Origin: Hyphomicrobium sp.
GTDB lineage: Bacteria; Pseudomonadota; Alphaproteobacteria; Rhizobiales; Hyphomicrobiaceae
Direction: 5' to 3'
Assembly: GCA_019751875.1 (NCBI GenBank)
Contig: JAIEMV010000001.1
Coordinates: 87,991 to 151,990, forward strand
Length of the DNA stretch: 64,000 nt
The position numbers were made by a program, and so were the translations under genes. Below the pieces are notes generated by a model, which did no database searches, had not been told where the DNA came from, and saw only the letters and a program-made list of their open reading frames with translations. The stretch's first letter is position 1; every line of letters starts with the position of its first letter. This document shows, piece after piece, positions 54,880-64,000 of this stretch.

Positions 54880-57489
54880 ATGGCAACCGAACGCTACAAC
54901 GCCCCTGACCGAGAGCAGCACTGGCAAGCGGCATGGGATGAGGCCGGCATTTACATCGCCGACTCCGATCAGACCAAGCCGAAATGCTACGTGCTGGAGA
55001 TGTTCCCCTACCCGTCGGGGCGCATCCACATGGGCCACGTTCGCAACTATGCCATGGGGGACGTGTTCGCGCGCTACAAGCGGGCGAAAGGGTTCAACGT
55101 GCTGCATCCGATGGGCTGGGACGCCTTCGGTATGCCCGCGGAAAACGCGGCTCTCGAACGCAAAACGCATCCGGCCACCTGGACCTACGCCAACATCGAC
55201 GCGATGAAGCGGCAGCTCAAATCGATGGGCTTGTCGCTCGACTGGTCGCGCGAGATCGCGACGTGCAATGTCGCGTATTACAAGCATCAGCAGGAAATCT
55301 TTCTGAAGCTCCTTGAAAAGGGGCTCGCTTACCGTGGTCCGGGCAAGGTCAACTGGGACCCGGTCGATCAGACGGTGCTCGCGAACGAGCAGGTCATTGA
55401 CGGGCGTGGCTGGCGCTCGGGTGCCCTTGTCGAACAACGCGAGATGCAGGTCTGGTACTTCAAGATTTCGGCGTTCGCCGACGATCTTCTGAAGGCGCTC
55501 AGTGCACTCGACAAGTGGCCCGAAAAAGTGCGCCTGATGCAAGCAAACTGGATCGGGCGGTCCGAAGGCATGTCGGTTCGCTGGGCCTTGGACCCCAAAG
55601 GCGCGCCAGCCGGCGAAACCGAAATCGAGGTTTTCACAACGCGGCCCGATACGCTATTCGGGGCATCGTTCGTGGCGATCGCAGCTGATCATCCGCTGGC
55701 CCGAAAATTGGCGGAGAAGAACGCAGCACTCGCTGAATTCGCCGACGAATGCCGGCGCCGCGGGACGTCCGTCATCGAGATCGAGAAAGGCGAAAAGCTG
55801 GGATTTGATACGGGTCTCAAGGTGCGTCATCCGCTCGATCCCGATTGGCTCGTACCGGTTTGGGTCGCCAATTTCGTGCTGATGGACTACGGCACGGGCG
55901 CCATCTTCGGGTGCCCCGCCGGCGATCAGCGCGACCTCGATTTCGCGCGGAAATACGACCTTCCTGTCATCCCGGTCATACTTCCTAAAGGAGCAGATGC
56001 CGCGACGTTCGAGATTGGACAGACGGCCGCCGACGGCGAAGGAACGATGATCAACTCGCTATTTCTCGACGGGTTGACGACCGCGGATGCGTTCCAGAAG
56101 GTTGCTGACAAGCTGGAAGGTCTGATGCTCGACGGCAGGCCCGTCGGCCAGCGGCAAGTCCGCTTCCGGCTCAAGGATTGGGGTATTTCACGGCAGCGCT
56201 ACTGGGGCTGCCCGGTTCCGGTCATCCACTGTGAAACGTGTGGCGCGGTTGCTGTTCCTGCGAAGGATCTCCCCGTCGAGTTGCCGGAGGATGCGACCTT
56301 CGACAAGCCAGGAAATCCCCTCGAGCGGCACCCAACGTGGAAAAACTGCACGTGCCCGCAGTGCGGGAAGCCAGCGCGGCGCGAAACGGACACGATGGAC
56401 ACGTTCGTCGACAGCTCCTGGTATTATGGACGATTCACAGCGCCCGATAGCGCGTCTGCCATTGATGCGAAGGCTGCGAATTACTGGTTGCCTGTCGATC
56501 AGTACATCGGCGGCATTGAACACGCGATCTTGCACCTTCTCTACTCGCGCTTTTTCTGGCGCGCAATGGGCGAGGCCGGCGCCGCTCCAGCCAGCGTGAA
56601 AGAGCCGTTCGCGGCACTGTTCACACAAGGCATGGTGACCCACGAGACCTATAAGTCGGAGAGCGGCGGCTGGCTGCTGCCGACAGACGTCACGATCGAG
56701 GGCGAGGGTGACGTTCGGCGTGCGATTGAAATCGCCACAGGCAAACCGGCGATTATCGGTTCAATCGAAAAGATGTCGAAGTCGAAGAAGAACCTTGTCG
56801 ACCCCGACGACATTATCGAGCATTGGGGAGCAGATTGTGCGCGCTGGTTCATGCTGTCGGATAGTCCGCCGGAGCGCGACGTAATCTGGACTGAAGCGGG
56901 CGTGCAAGGCGCTGGACGTTTCATACAGCGCGTTTGGCGGCTCGTGACCGATATTGCCGAGCGCCCGAAAACAGCCGCGGGCGGGACTCCCTCAGAGGAC
57001 GCGATGGAGGTTCGTCGCGCAGCTCATAAGGCGCTGGATGCCGTTGGTCGGAACATCGAAGCTTTGAGGTTCAACGTCGCTGTTGCTCAGATCTACGAAT
57101 TCACCAACGCCCTCTCGGCGGCCCTGGGCAAGAAAGCGAACGATCTGGACGCAGCCCTGCACGAGTGCGCCGTGATACTCGTGAAGATCATCGCGCCCAT
57201 GATGCCGCATCTGGCGGAGGAAAGCTGGGCGCGGCTCGGATACAACACCCTCCTGGCCAAAGAACCCTGGCCTGAAGTCAATCCGGCGTTGCTCGTTGAC
57301 GATCGCGTGACCCTTGCCGTACAGGTCAATGGTAAGCGGCGTGGGGAGATAACCCTCGCACGAGCCGCCACGAATGCCGAGGCTGAGGCTGCGGCGCTGG
57401 CACTCGAGCCCGTCGTGAAAGCCCTCGAAGGGCGGCCGGCCAAAAAGGTCATAGTCGTGCCTCAGAGGATTGTGAATATCGTTGCCTGA
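54880..57489 (+). CDS. leuS: Leucine--tRNA ligase
   Basis: [11 protein letters not shown] (HIGH motif), KMSKSKKN (KMSKS motif). 869 aa. Confidence 0.97.
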   Translation: MATERYNAPDREQHWQAAWDEAGIYIADSDQTKPKCYVLEMFPYPSGRIHMGHVRNYAMGDVFARYKRAKGFNVLHPMGWDAFGMPAENAALERKTHPATWTYANIDAMKRQLKSMGLSLDWSREIATCNVAYYKHQQEIFLKLLEKGLAYRGPGKVNWDPVDQTVLANEQVIDGRGWRSGALVEQREMQVWYFKISAFADDLLKALSALDKWPEKVRLMQANWIGRSEGMSVRWALDPKGAPAGETEIEVFTTRPDTLFGASFVAIAADHPLARKLAEKNAALAEFADECRRRGTSVIEIEKGEKLGFDTGLKVRHPLDPDWLVPVWVANFVLMDYGTGAIFGCPAGDQRDLDFARKYDLPVIPVILPKGADAATFEIGQTAADGEGTMINSLFLDGLTTADAFQKVADKLEGLMLDGRPVGQRQVRFRLKDWGISRQRYWGCPVPVIHCETCGAVAVPAKDLPVELPEDATFDKPGNPLERHPTWKNCTCPQCGKPARRETDTMDTFVDSSWYYGRFTAPDSASAIDAKAANYWLPVDQYIGGIEHAILHLLYSRFFWRAMGEAGAAPASVKEPFAALFTQGMVTHETYKSESGGWLLPTDVTIEGEGDVRRAIEIATGKPAIIGSIEKMSKSKKNLVDPDDIIEHWGADCARWFMLSDSPPERDVIWTEAGVQGAGRFIQRVWRLVTDIAERPKTAAGGTPSEDAMEVRRAAHKALDAVGRNIEALRFNVAVAQIYEFTNALSAALGKKANDLDAALHECAVILVKIIAPMMPHLAEESWARLGYNTLLAKEPWPEVNPALLVDDRVTLAVQVNGKRRGEITLARAATNAEAEAAALALEPVVKALEGRPAKKVIVVPQRIVNIVA

Positions 57490-57496
57490 GGCGCGT

Positions 57497-58060
57497 ATGG
57501 TCGAAACTCGTCGCAAGGAAACGAACGGTGGCAAGAGCTTACGCCAATGGCGTTCGCTCGGCGCATTCGTTTTGCTCTGCGGCACCCTTCTCGGGGGCTG
57601 CGGCGACGCGGGGTTCCGTCCGATGTACGGCGCCACGGGAATTGGCGGGGCGGCGGCTTCAGAGAAGCTGGCCCAGGTTGACATGACGACCATTCCAGGC
57701 CGCGTCGGCCAGCAACTTCGTAACGAGTTCATCTACCAATCGACCGGGGGTGGCGCTCGTGTAGAGCCGGTCTACCGCCTCGAAGTGGCCGTTCGTGAAT
57801 CAGTTACTTCGACACTCATCGAGCAGACGGGTGACGCACGCGGCCAGGTTTACAATCTTGATGCAGCTTTCAAGCTCGTCCGCATTGCCGACAGCCAGGT
57901 GGTGATGGAAGGCAAGAGCCACTCGCGCGCAGCCTTCGATCGCTTCAGTTCGATCTATTCGAATGTTCGAGCACGCGAAGAAGCCGAGACCCGCGCAGCC
58001 AAGACCATTGCGGAAGAACTGCGCACGCGAATCAGCGCGTACGTCGCAACCGCTGCTTAA
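57497..58060 (+). CDS. lptE: LPS-assembly lipoprotein LptE
   Basis: Lipobox LLGGCG. Occupies the conserved leuS-lptE-holA position. 187 aa. Confidence 0.8.
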   Translation: MVETRRKETNGGKSLRQWRSLGAFVLLCGTLLGGCGDAGFRPMYGATGIGGAAASEKLAQVDMTTIPGRVGQQLRNEFIYQSTGGGARVEPVYRLEVAVRESVTSTLIEQTGDARGQVYNLDAAFKLVRIADSQVVMEGKSHSRAAFDRFSSIYSNVRAREEAETRAAKTIAEELRTRISAYVATAA

Positions 58061-58066
58061 CCCGCC

Positions 58067-59095
58067 ATGGTGGCCGTAAAGGCTCAGCAGGTTCAAACCA
58101 TACTGAAGGCACCGGACCCTCGCTACTCCGCTTATCTTCTTTTTGGCAGCGACACGGGTCTCGTCAGCGAACGCGCGGCTAAGCTAGCCAAGGCGATTGC
58201 GTCATCGGAAAACCCCCCTGGCGAAATCGTGAGACTGGACGACATCGACGTCGAAAACAATCCTGACCGTCTATCGCTCGAATTGATGATGGTCCCCATG
58301 TTCGGCGGGCGAAAGATCGTGCGCATCGAGACGAGCCGGCGGGTCAACGCGCTCATGCTCAAGCCGCTGCTGGAGGAGAGGTCGCTTGCCGGCGTTCTGA
58401 TTGTGGAGGCCGGCAATCTCAAGAAGGACGACAGCCTGCGACTGGCATTCGAGAGGGCCGGCCATGCCGCAGCAATTGGCTGCTATATGGACGACGGCCG
58501 CGACCTCGATAGTGTCATCACCGACATTCTGCGGCCGCTGAAGCTCACGATGACACCCGATGCGCGGCAGATGCTGATCAGCCGCTTGGGTGCCGATCGC
58601 GTCATGTCGCGCGGGGAGATTGAGAAGCTGGCACTTTATGCTGCCGGCCAGGGACAGATCACCGAAGATGATGTGGAGGCCGTGGTTGGAGATGCAGCGG
58701 AACTCACGCTCGATCGGATCGTCAATGCAGCGGCTTCGGGGGATGGGGCTCGATCGGTCACGGAACTGCAGCGGGCGCTGACAGCGGGAGAAAGCGCTCA
58801 AGGGATAATCCTTGCAATTCAGAGGCACTTTACGCGCCTGCATCGTATTCGGGCATCCGTGGACGCCGGCAAGTCTATCGAGCAGGTGATCGGCGAAATT
58901 CGTCCGCCGGTCCATTTCAAGCAAAAGGATGTCCTGGCCGCACAGTCGCGAGCATGGCGCATGGAATCACTTGATACGGCGCTCGCCGGAATCGGAATTG
59001 CGGCGCGTACAGCACGCGTCTCATCAGGACTCGAGGATCTTGTGGCAGAGCGACTGATCCTCTCGTTGTCGCGTCTTGCACGGCCGATGCGCTGA
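58067..59095 (+). CDS. holA: DNA polymerase III delta subunit
   Basis: 342 aa. YLLFGSDTGLVSERA N-terminus, in the conserved position after lptE. Confidence 0.85.
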   Translation: MVAVKAQQVQTILKAPDPRYSAYLLFGSDTGLVSERAAKLAKAIASSENPPGEIVRLDDIDVENNPDRLSLELMMVPMFGGRKIVRIETSRRVNALMLKPLLEERSLAGVLIVEAGNLKKDDSLRLAFERAGHAAAIGCYMDDGRDLDSVITDILRPLKLTMTPDARQMLISRLGADRVMSRGEIEKLALYAAGQGQITEDDVEAVVGDAAELTLDRIVNAAASGDGARSVTELQRALTAGESAQGIILAIQRHFTRLHRIRASVDAGKSIEQVIGEIRPPVHFKQKDVLAAQSRAWRMESLDTALAGIGIAARTARVSSGLEDLVAERLILSLSRLARPMR

Positions 59096-59184
59096 AGGAT
59101 AAGCACTGCACCTCCGCGACCATGCCCCAGTTGCATGCCCCCGAGCGCTGCCTATAGTCCGCGGGAGTTTTCCAAGGAGCCTTC

Positions 59185-60183
59185 ATGACCGCCGCTCGCT
59201 ATTCCGTCGCCGCTATCGGCAACGCCATCGTCGATATCATGGGCTATTGCGATGACGACTTCCTTGCAAAGCACTGCGCGCCGAAGGGGTCGATGCGCCT
59301 CGTCGATGCGGAAGCGGTGCAGACGCTCTACAGCGAAATGGGCCCGGGAATCGAGATCTCCGGCGGCTCGGCTGCGAACACGGTGGTCGGAGTTGCATCA
59401 TTCGGTGGGAAGACCGCTTTCATCGGCAAAGTGGCAGGCGACGAATTTGGCCGCATCTTCCGGCATGACATCAGCGCTGCAGGTGTCACTTTCGAGACAG
59501 CTCCGGTCAACGGCAAGGCGCCGACATCTCGTTCACTGATCCTTGTCACGCCTGACGGCGAGCGAACGATGAATACATTTCTTGGGATCAGCACTGATCT
59601 GGATCACGGCGAGGTCGATGCGGCGGTGATCGAAGGCGCGGATGTCGTTTATCTCGAAGGCTATTTGTTCGATCAGCCGCAAGCCAAGGCTGCCTTCCGG
59701 CAGGCGGTAGCCCTCGCGAAAAAGGCGGGGCGGACCGTTGCACTCACCCTCTCGGATGGATTCTGTGTCGATCGCCATCGGACCGAGTTTCTTGAACTGA
59801 TCACGTCTGGCGTTGGAATTCTGTTTGCCAATGAGAGCGAGATCACTTCGCTCTATGAAACGACGAGCTTTGATGAAGCAGCGCGCCGGGCGGCCCGCGA
59901 TACGCGTCTCGCTGTTCTGACGCGGAGCGCGAAAGGCTCGTTGATTCTCTCGGATGGGAAAGCGCACGAGATCCCCGTCGAGCCGGTGGCGAAGGTTGTT
60001 GACACTACCGGTGCGGGTGATCTGTACGCTGCCGGCTTTCTTTATGGATTCACCTCCGGATGCGATCTGTCCACTGCCGGTCGTTTAGGGAGCTTGGCTG
60101 CGGCGGAAATCATTTCCCATCTCGGTGCGCGGCCGCAGACCAATCTGGCCGAATTGGCGCGGTCGCGCGGGTTTATTTTCTGA
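59185..60183 (+). CDS. PfkB-family carbohydrate/adenosine kinase
   Basis: GGSAANT, DTTGAGDLYAAGFLYG (PfkB signature 2). AAGGAG SD upstream. 332 aa. Confidence 0.85.
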   Translation: MTAARYSVAAIGNAIVDIMGYCDDDFLAKHCAPKGSMRLVDAEAVQTLYSEMGPGIEISGGSAANTVVGVASFGGKTAFIGKVAGDEFGRIFRHDISAAGVTFETAPVNGKAPTSRSLILVTPDGERTMNTFLGISTDLDHGEVDAAVIEGADVVYLEGYLFDQPQAKAAFRQAVALAKKAGRTVALTLSDGFCVDRHRTEFLELITSGVGILFANESEITSLYETTSFDEAARRAARDTRLAVLTRSAKGSLILSDGKAHEIPVEPVAKVVDTTGAGDLYAAGFLYGFTSGCDLSTAGRLGSLAAAEIISHLGARPQTNLAELARSRGFIF

Positions 60184-60430
60184 TTCTTTTTGTGTGCTGA
60201 ATTCGAGAGTCGCAACCATCCTGCAGCGCGATAAAATTTAATTGGTAATGGTTGTAGCTGAATCGACTTGTTTCGTTCTCGCGGCCATACAAGTCCACGG
60301 TGTAATTGCGCAACATAAACAGCGTGTTCCATTTGTTTCTTTACATGCTTCGAATTAAACTCCCTGTAAACTCTTGCGAATTACGGCATGATTTCTTCGT
60401 TCGCTAATTCCTTTCCGAAGGTCAAATTAA

Positions 60431-61039
60431 ATGGCACAGAAGACCGCGGCACGCGGCCGGCCGAAGGGCACGGGCCTCGATGATGCCGGTCCCCTTGCGG
60501 CCATTGCCGAATTGATCGCCGCCAATCCCGGCATGAAGCCGACTACGGCAATCAAGGCACTTGGCTTTACCGATCCTTCAACGGTTCGCCGTTTGCGGGA
60601 CAAGTACCAGCAGCGGCGTACGCACCACCAAGCGGCGGCGCCTTCCCTTCCAGCGGCCTCGACTCCGCATCGCACGAACAACGTCATTGCGCTCAGGGCC
60701 CGAGGCCCCGCCGTTCGCCGTGATACGGCACCGGCGCCAGAGAACACTGGTGCATCGCTTACATCGCATGCACCGACAGGTGAAGACGCATCGCCTGTCA
60801 CCGATGAGCACCCGGCACAGCCTCAACCGAGTGCCAAACCCGACCTATTCGTAGCAGCATATGCAGCCAGCATTGCCACTGCGAAGACGGCGATCCACTT
60901 GCACTACAAGTCACTCTGGTACGCGTTCCATTGGTCACCCTTTGCTTGCGCAATTAGAAATGCCGAGTACACGCGTCTTGTACTTTCGAGCTTGAAGAAC
61001 AAGGACGACAATCCGCGGTGTTCGCGACCCTCGGACTGA
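60431..61039 (+). CDS. Hypothetical protein with an N-terminal AT-hook-like motif and a probable small HTH
   Basis: MAQKTAARGRPKGTG has an R-G-R-P core. It is followed by PTTAIKALGFTDPSTVRRLRDKY, a Pro/Ala-rich low-complexity middle and a hydrophobic or aromatic C-terminal part. Preceded by a 247-bp AT-rich region. Confidence 0.55.
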   Translation: MAQKTAARGRPKGTGLDDAGPLAAIAELIAANPGMKPTTAIKALGFTDPSTVRRLRDKYQQRRTHHQAAAPSLPAASTPHRTNNVIALRARGPAVRRDTAPAPENTGASLTSHAPTGEDASPVTDEHPAQPQPSAKPDLFVAAYAASIATAKTAIHLHYKSLWYAFHWSPFACAIRNAEYTRLVLSSLKNKDDNPRCSRPSD

Positions 61040-61071
61040 AGCCCGCCTGAAAGCCGATCCATGCAAACTTC

Positions 61072-61106
61072 AAAGGCCGCTCCCCAAGCGGCCTTTTCTT
61101 TTTTCT
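61072..61106. terminator. Bidirectional rho-independent terminator
   Basis: AAAGGCCGCT-CCCCA-AGCGGCCTTT followed by TCTTTTTTCT. Lies between the convergent hypothetical gene and coaA. Confidence 0.8.
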
Positions 61107-61131
61107 CCGCTCCTAAGCGGGGGCGAGGAAA

Positions 61132-62184
61132 TCAGAGTTTGCGAAGGGCTACAGACTCGACGCGGTGATCCGCGGTCTTGCGCAGGATAAGCCGTGCCCG
61201 CTGCCGCGTCGGCAAGATGTTTTCTTCGAGGTTTCGGGCGTTGATCGTCGACCAAAGCTCCAAGGCCCGCGCCTTTGCTTCATCGGGAGTCATGCCGGCA
61301 TATTTGTGAAAGTACGCGCCGGGATCGCGGAAGGCAGTTGAGCGCAGGCGCATGAACCTTTCGAGGTACCACTCCTCGATGATCGCGGCATCGGCATCCA
61401 GATAGATCGAGAAGTCAAAAAAGTCAGAGACGAAGGGTATCTCCGCACCGTCCTTCGGCAGGCGGGCAGGCTGGAGGACGTTCAACCCCTCGACAATCAA
61501 AATATCCGGTCGGCGAAGAACCGTTTTCTGGTCCGGGAGGATGTCGTAGTGAAAATGCGAATAGACCGGGGCTTCAACGACGTCCTTGCCAGACTTTACA
61601 TCGGCGAGAAACGTCAACAGGGCGGCAGTATCGAAGCTTTCTGGAAAGCCCTTCCGATTCATGATCCCGCGGGACTGAAGTTCGGCGTTGGTGAGAAGAA
61701 ATCCGTCGGTGGTGATCAGATCCACGCGGGGGTGATCCGGCCAGCGTGCAAGCAAGGCCTTCAAGACACGCGCGGTCGTGCTCTTGCCCACGGCAACAGA
61801 GCCTGCGACGCCGATGATAAAGGGAACCTTGCTGTCGCTGCGGCCAAGAAATGTGGTGGTAACAGCGTGGAGCTTTTGGAGGGCTGCTACGTACAAATTA
61901 AGCAGGCGGGAGAGGGGAAGATAAATCTGCTCGACTTCTTCGACGGAGAGTTCCTCGATAATACCCGAGAGTTGTTCGAGTTCATCGGGCAGCAGCGTCA
62001 TCGGCGTATCAGCGCGCAGCCTGGCCCAGTCCGATCGTGTGAAGATGCGGTAAGGAGAAAAAACCAGATCACCGTCCTGCGTATTGGTCGGGACAACAAG
62101 ACGCTGCTTCCCCGCTCCAGCAGGAATTCGCACTTGGTTCTGCCGTTTGCGGCGCTTTGCCCGGCGCTCTTGAACTGGACTCAC
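61132..62184 (-). CDS. coaA: Type I pantothenate kinase
   Basis: [41 protein letters not shown] and [10 protein letters not shown] align with E. coli CoaA. A GTG start gives a basic N-terminal extension of about 30 aa. Confidence 0.9.
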   Translation of the reverse strand: MSPVQERRAKRRKRQNQVRIPAGAGKQRLVVPTNTQDGDLVFSPYRIFTRSDWARLRADTPMTLLPDELEQLSGIIEELSVEEVEQIYLPLSRLLNLYVAALQKLHAVTTTFLGRSDSKVPFIIGVAGSVAVGKSTTARVLKALLARWPDHPRVDLITTDGFLLTNAELQSRGIMNRKGFPESFDTAALLTFLADVKSGKDVVEAPVYSHFHYDILPDQKTVLRRPDILIVEGLNVLQPARLPKDGAEIPFVSDFFDFSIYLDADAAIIEEWYLERFMRLRSTAFRDPGAYFHKYAGMTPDEAKARALELWSTINARNLEENILPTRQRARLILRKTADHRVESVALRKL

Positions 62185-62210
62185 GGGAAACGAACACTCC
62201 CTTGCGAGGG

Positions 62211-62534
62211 TTACGACTTAGAACGCGCGGCCTTTTCGGCGTGACCCGACGTGCCCTGACGTGACTGCAGAACGGCAAGAACATCTTCTATGGCGATGCT
62301 GCGGCACTCCAACAGCACGAGAAGATGAAACAGGGCGTCAGCGACTTCGCCCCTGAGGGCGTCATCATCCTGCCCGACGGCGGCCATAACGGTCTCGACA
62401 GCCTCTTCGCCAAACTTCTTTGCGCATCGGGCGATGCCGGCGTCGAGGAGCGTCTTGGTATAAGACGCTTCAGCCGGCGCTGACCGGCGCGCCCTGATGG
62501 TTGCTGCCAGATCAATCAGAACGGTATCGGACAT
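62211..62534 (-). CDS. hisE: Phosphoribosyl-ATP pyrophosphatase
   Basis: [28 protein letters not shown]...[13 protein letters not shown]. 107 aa from the ATG at 62534. Confidence 0.9.
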   Translation of the reverse strand: MSDTVLIDLAATIRARRSAPAEASYTKTLLDAGIARCAKKFGEEAVETVMAAVGQDDDALRGEVADALFHLLVLLECRSIAIEDVLAVLQSRQGTSGHAEKAARSKS

Positions 62535-62634
62535 TGGAATACCTTGGGCCACCGGCGAGGACCCGATGGCGATGCCTCACCGCTCTCGTCGCGTCAAGGA
62601 TTTAAGGTGAGCCTGGCAAACTGACTGCGGTGCT

Positions 62635-63519
62635 CTACTCGGACATTCCCGTAAGGCGCATACGGATGTAGTCAAGCTGATCGAAGTTGCCGAACTTGAT
62701 CGTCATGACGCCGCTTTCGCCGGAGCTGCGCTTGATCTCGACCTTGAGCCCGAGAGCATCGGTCAGCTCTTTTTCAAAGGCGCGGGTGTCGGGATCTTTG
62801 TCACGGACCTTTCGCGTCGTCGAGCCTGGCTGGCCGGTGGGACCTGCCTGCACGAGGGCTTCAACCTCGCGCACATTCAAGCTCTGGTCGATGATCTTCT
62901 GGGCCAGATGTTCGGCATCGTCCCGGCCAACGAGGGCGCGGGCGTGACCTGGGGTCAATGAGCCGGCCTGGACAAGGCTCTGCACGCTCGCCGGGAGCTT
63001 CAAGAGCCGCAAAGTGTTGGTGACGTGACTGCGACTCTTACCGATGATCTCGGAGACCTGCTCCTGGCTGTAGTCGAACCGCTCGATCAGGTCGCGATAG
63101 CCAGACGCTTCTTCGATAGCGTTGAGGTCGGCGCGCTGTACGTTCTCGATGATGGCGAGTTCCAGCACTTCCCTGTCGTCGAGGCTGCGGACGATGACTG
63201 GGACCGTATGCAGGCCCGCACGCAGCGCCGCACGCCAGCGGCGTTCGCCGGCGACAATCTCGTACATCTGCTCATTGTCGGGATCCAAGCGAACGATGAT
63301 CGGCTGGACGAGACCCTTGGTGCGGATCGACTCGGCGAGTTCGGTTAACTCGTCTTCGCGGAAATCTTTACGCGGGTTGAAGCGACCACCGCGCAACTGA
63401 TCCGTGCCGACCAGACGCTGTTCCCCCTCTGCGGGGCCGCGGGGCGCGACGCTCGGCGTATCGCCGATCAGCGATGCGAGACCACGGCCGAGGCGGCTCT
63501 TCTGCAGGGGCACGTTCAT
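62635..63519 (-). CDS. parB: Chromosome partitioning protein ParB
   Basis: RLGRGLASLIG, IVAGERRWRAA, IENVQRADLN, and the HTH SQEQVSEIIGKSRSHVTNTLRLLKL. Confidence 0.95.
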   Translation of the reverse strand: MNVPLQKSRLGRGLASLIGDTPSVAPRGPAEGEQRLVGTDQLRGGRFNPRKDFREDELTELAESIRTKGLVQPIIVRLDPDNEQMYEIVAGERRWRAALRAGLHTVPVIVRSLDDREVLELAIIENVQRADLNAIEEASGYRDLIERFDYSQEQVSEIIGKSRSHVTNTLRLLKLPASVQSLVQAGSLTPGHARALVGRDDAEHLAQKIIDQSLNVREVEALVQAGPTGQPGSTTRKVRDKDPDTRAFEKELTDALGLKVEIKRSSGESGVMTIKFGNFDQLDYIRMRLTGMSE

Positions 63520-63604
63520 TGTTCTCTTCACCTTTGCAAAGGTCGCTAACCCAATGGTTTCAAATCACTACACGTACATAGCCCGTACGAGACTACTCCA
63601 AAAC

Positions 63605-64000
63605 TCACGCCGCTTTCGTCTGTCGCTCGCGCTCGATTATTTCGGTGGCGAGACGGATGTAGGCCTGGCTCCCTGCGCAGTCGTAATCGTAAAGCAGGAT
63701 AGGCTTGCCGTGAGACGGCGCTTCAGCAACGCGCGTGTTGCGCGGGATGACGCTCTCGTAGACTTTCGGTCCGAAGAAGGCTCGGACGTTGTCGGCCACT
63801 TCGCGAGAGAGCGACGTGCGCGCGTCGTGCATCGTCAGCACCACACCCTGGATCTCGAGGCGCGGATTAAGCGTTGCGCGGATCTGGTCAATCGACTCTT
63901 TGAGCTGCGAGATACCTTCAAGGGCGAAAAACTCGCACTGGACCGGCACGATCACCGCATTAGCGGCGGCGAGCGCGTTGAGTGTCAGCAGGTTGAGTGA
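63605..64000 (-). CDS. parA: Chromosome partitioning ATPase ParA/Soj, C-terminal part (gene continues beyond the right edge)
   Basis: The frame is open to the window edge: ...SLNLLTLNALAAANAVIVPVQCEFFALEGISQL...IPRNTRVAEAPSHGKPILLYD. Confidence 0.9.
   Translation of the reverse strand, partial: SLNLLTLNALAAANAVIVPVQCEFFALEGISQLKESIDQIRATLNPRLEIQGVVLTMHDARTSLSREVADNVRAFFGPKVYESVIPRNTRVAEAPSHGKPILLYDYDCAGSQAYIRLATEIIERERQTKAA

Overview
GC-rich (about 60% by eye) chromosomal segment with alphaproteobacterial (Hyphomicrobiales-like) gene order. Serine-cycle genes sga and mcl at the left edge suggest a Hyphomicrobium-type methylotroph, but this is inference because no search was run. I call about 60 protein genes and one tRNA-Gly(CCC). 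Most are core housekeeping genes in familiar synteny blocks: rpmI-rplT-pheS-pheT, typA, ppa-dapB-gpmA, leuB, asd, dapF-ftsY-yciB, ffh-rpsP-rimM, glnK-amtB, lolA-ftsK, leuS-lptE-holA, coaA-hisE and parB-parA. I saw no rRNA, CRISPR array, transposase, integrase or prophage block, and no clear multi-gene novel system. The best candidates for something undescribed are: (1) a two-gene insert splitting rpsP from rimM, made of a small 2-TM protein and an XRE-HTH protein with a GrlR-like C-terminal barrel; (2) a roughly 160-nt structured RNA candidate between the cNMP-binding gene and lolA, whose hairpin loops are all C-rich (CUCCC-type) on the minus strand; (3) a class-II Fic gene overlapping yggS by 17 nt, with an AT-rich upstream region full of TCATGTTC and TTTTGCGCATGAT repeats; (4) a LuxR-type response regulator lacking the phospho-acceptor Asp, next to a DUF4212/SSS transporter pair and the serine-cycle genes; (5) a four-EF-hand lipoprotein convergent with a PQQ sugar dehydrogenase. 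All family names come from motif recognition in the translations. Start codons are often uncertain because of high-GC ORF extensions.
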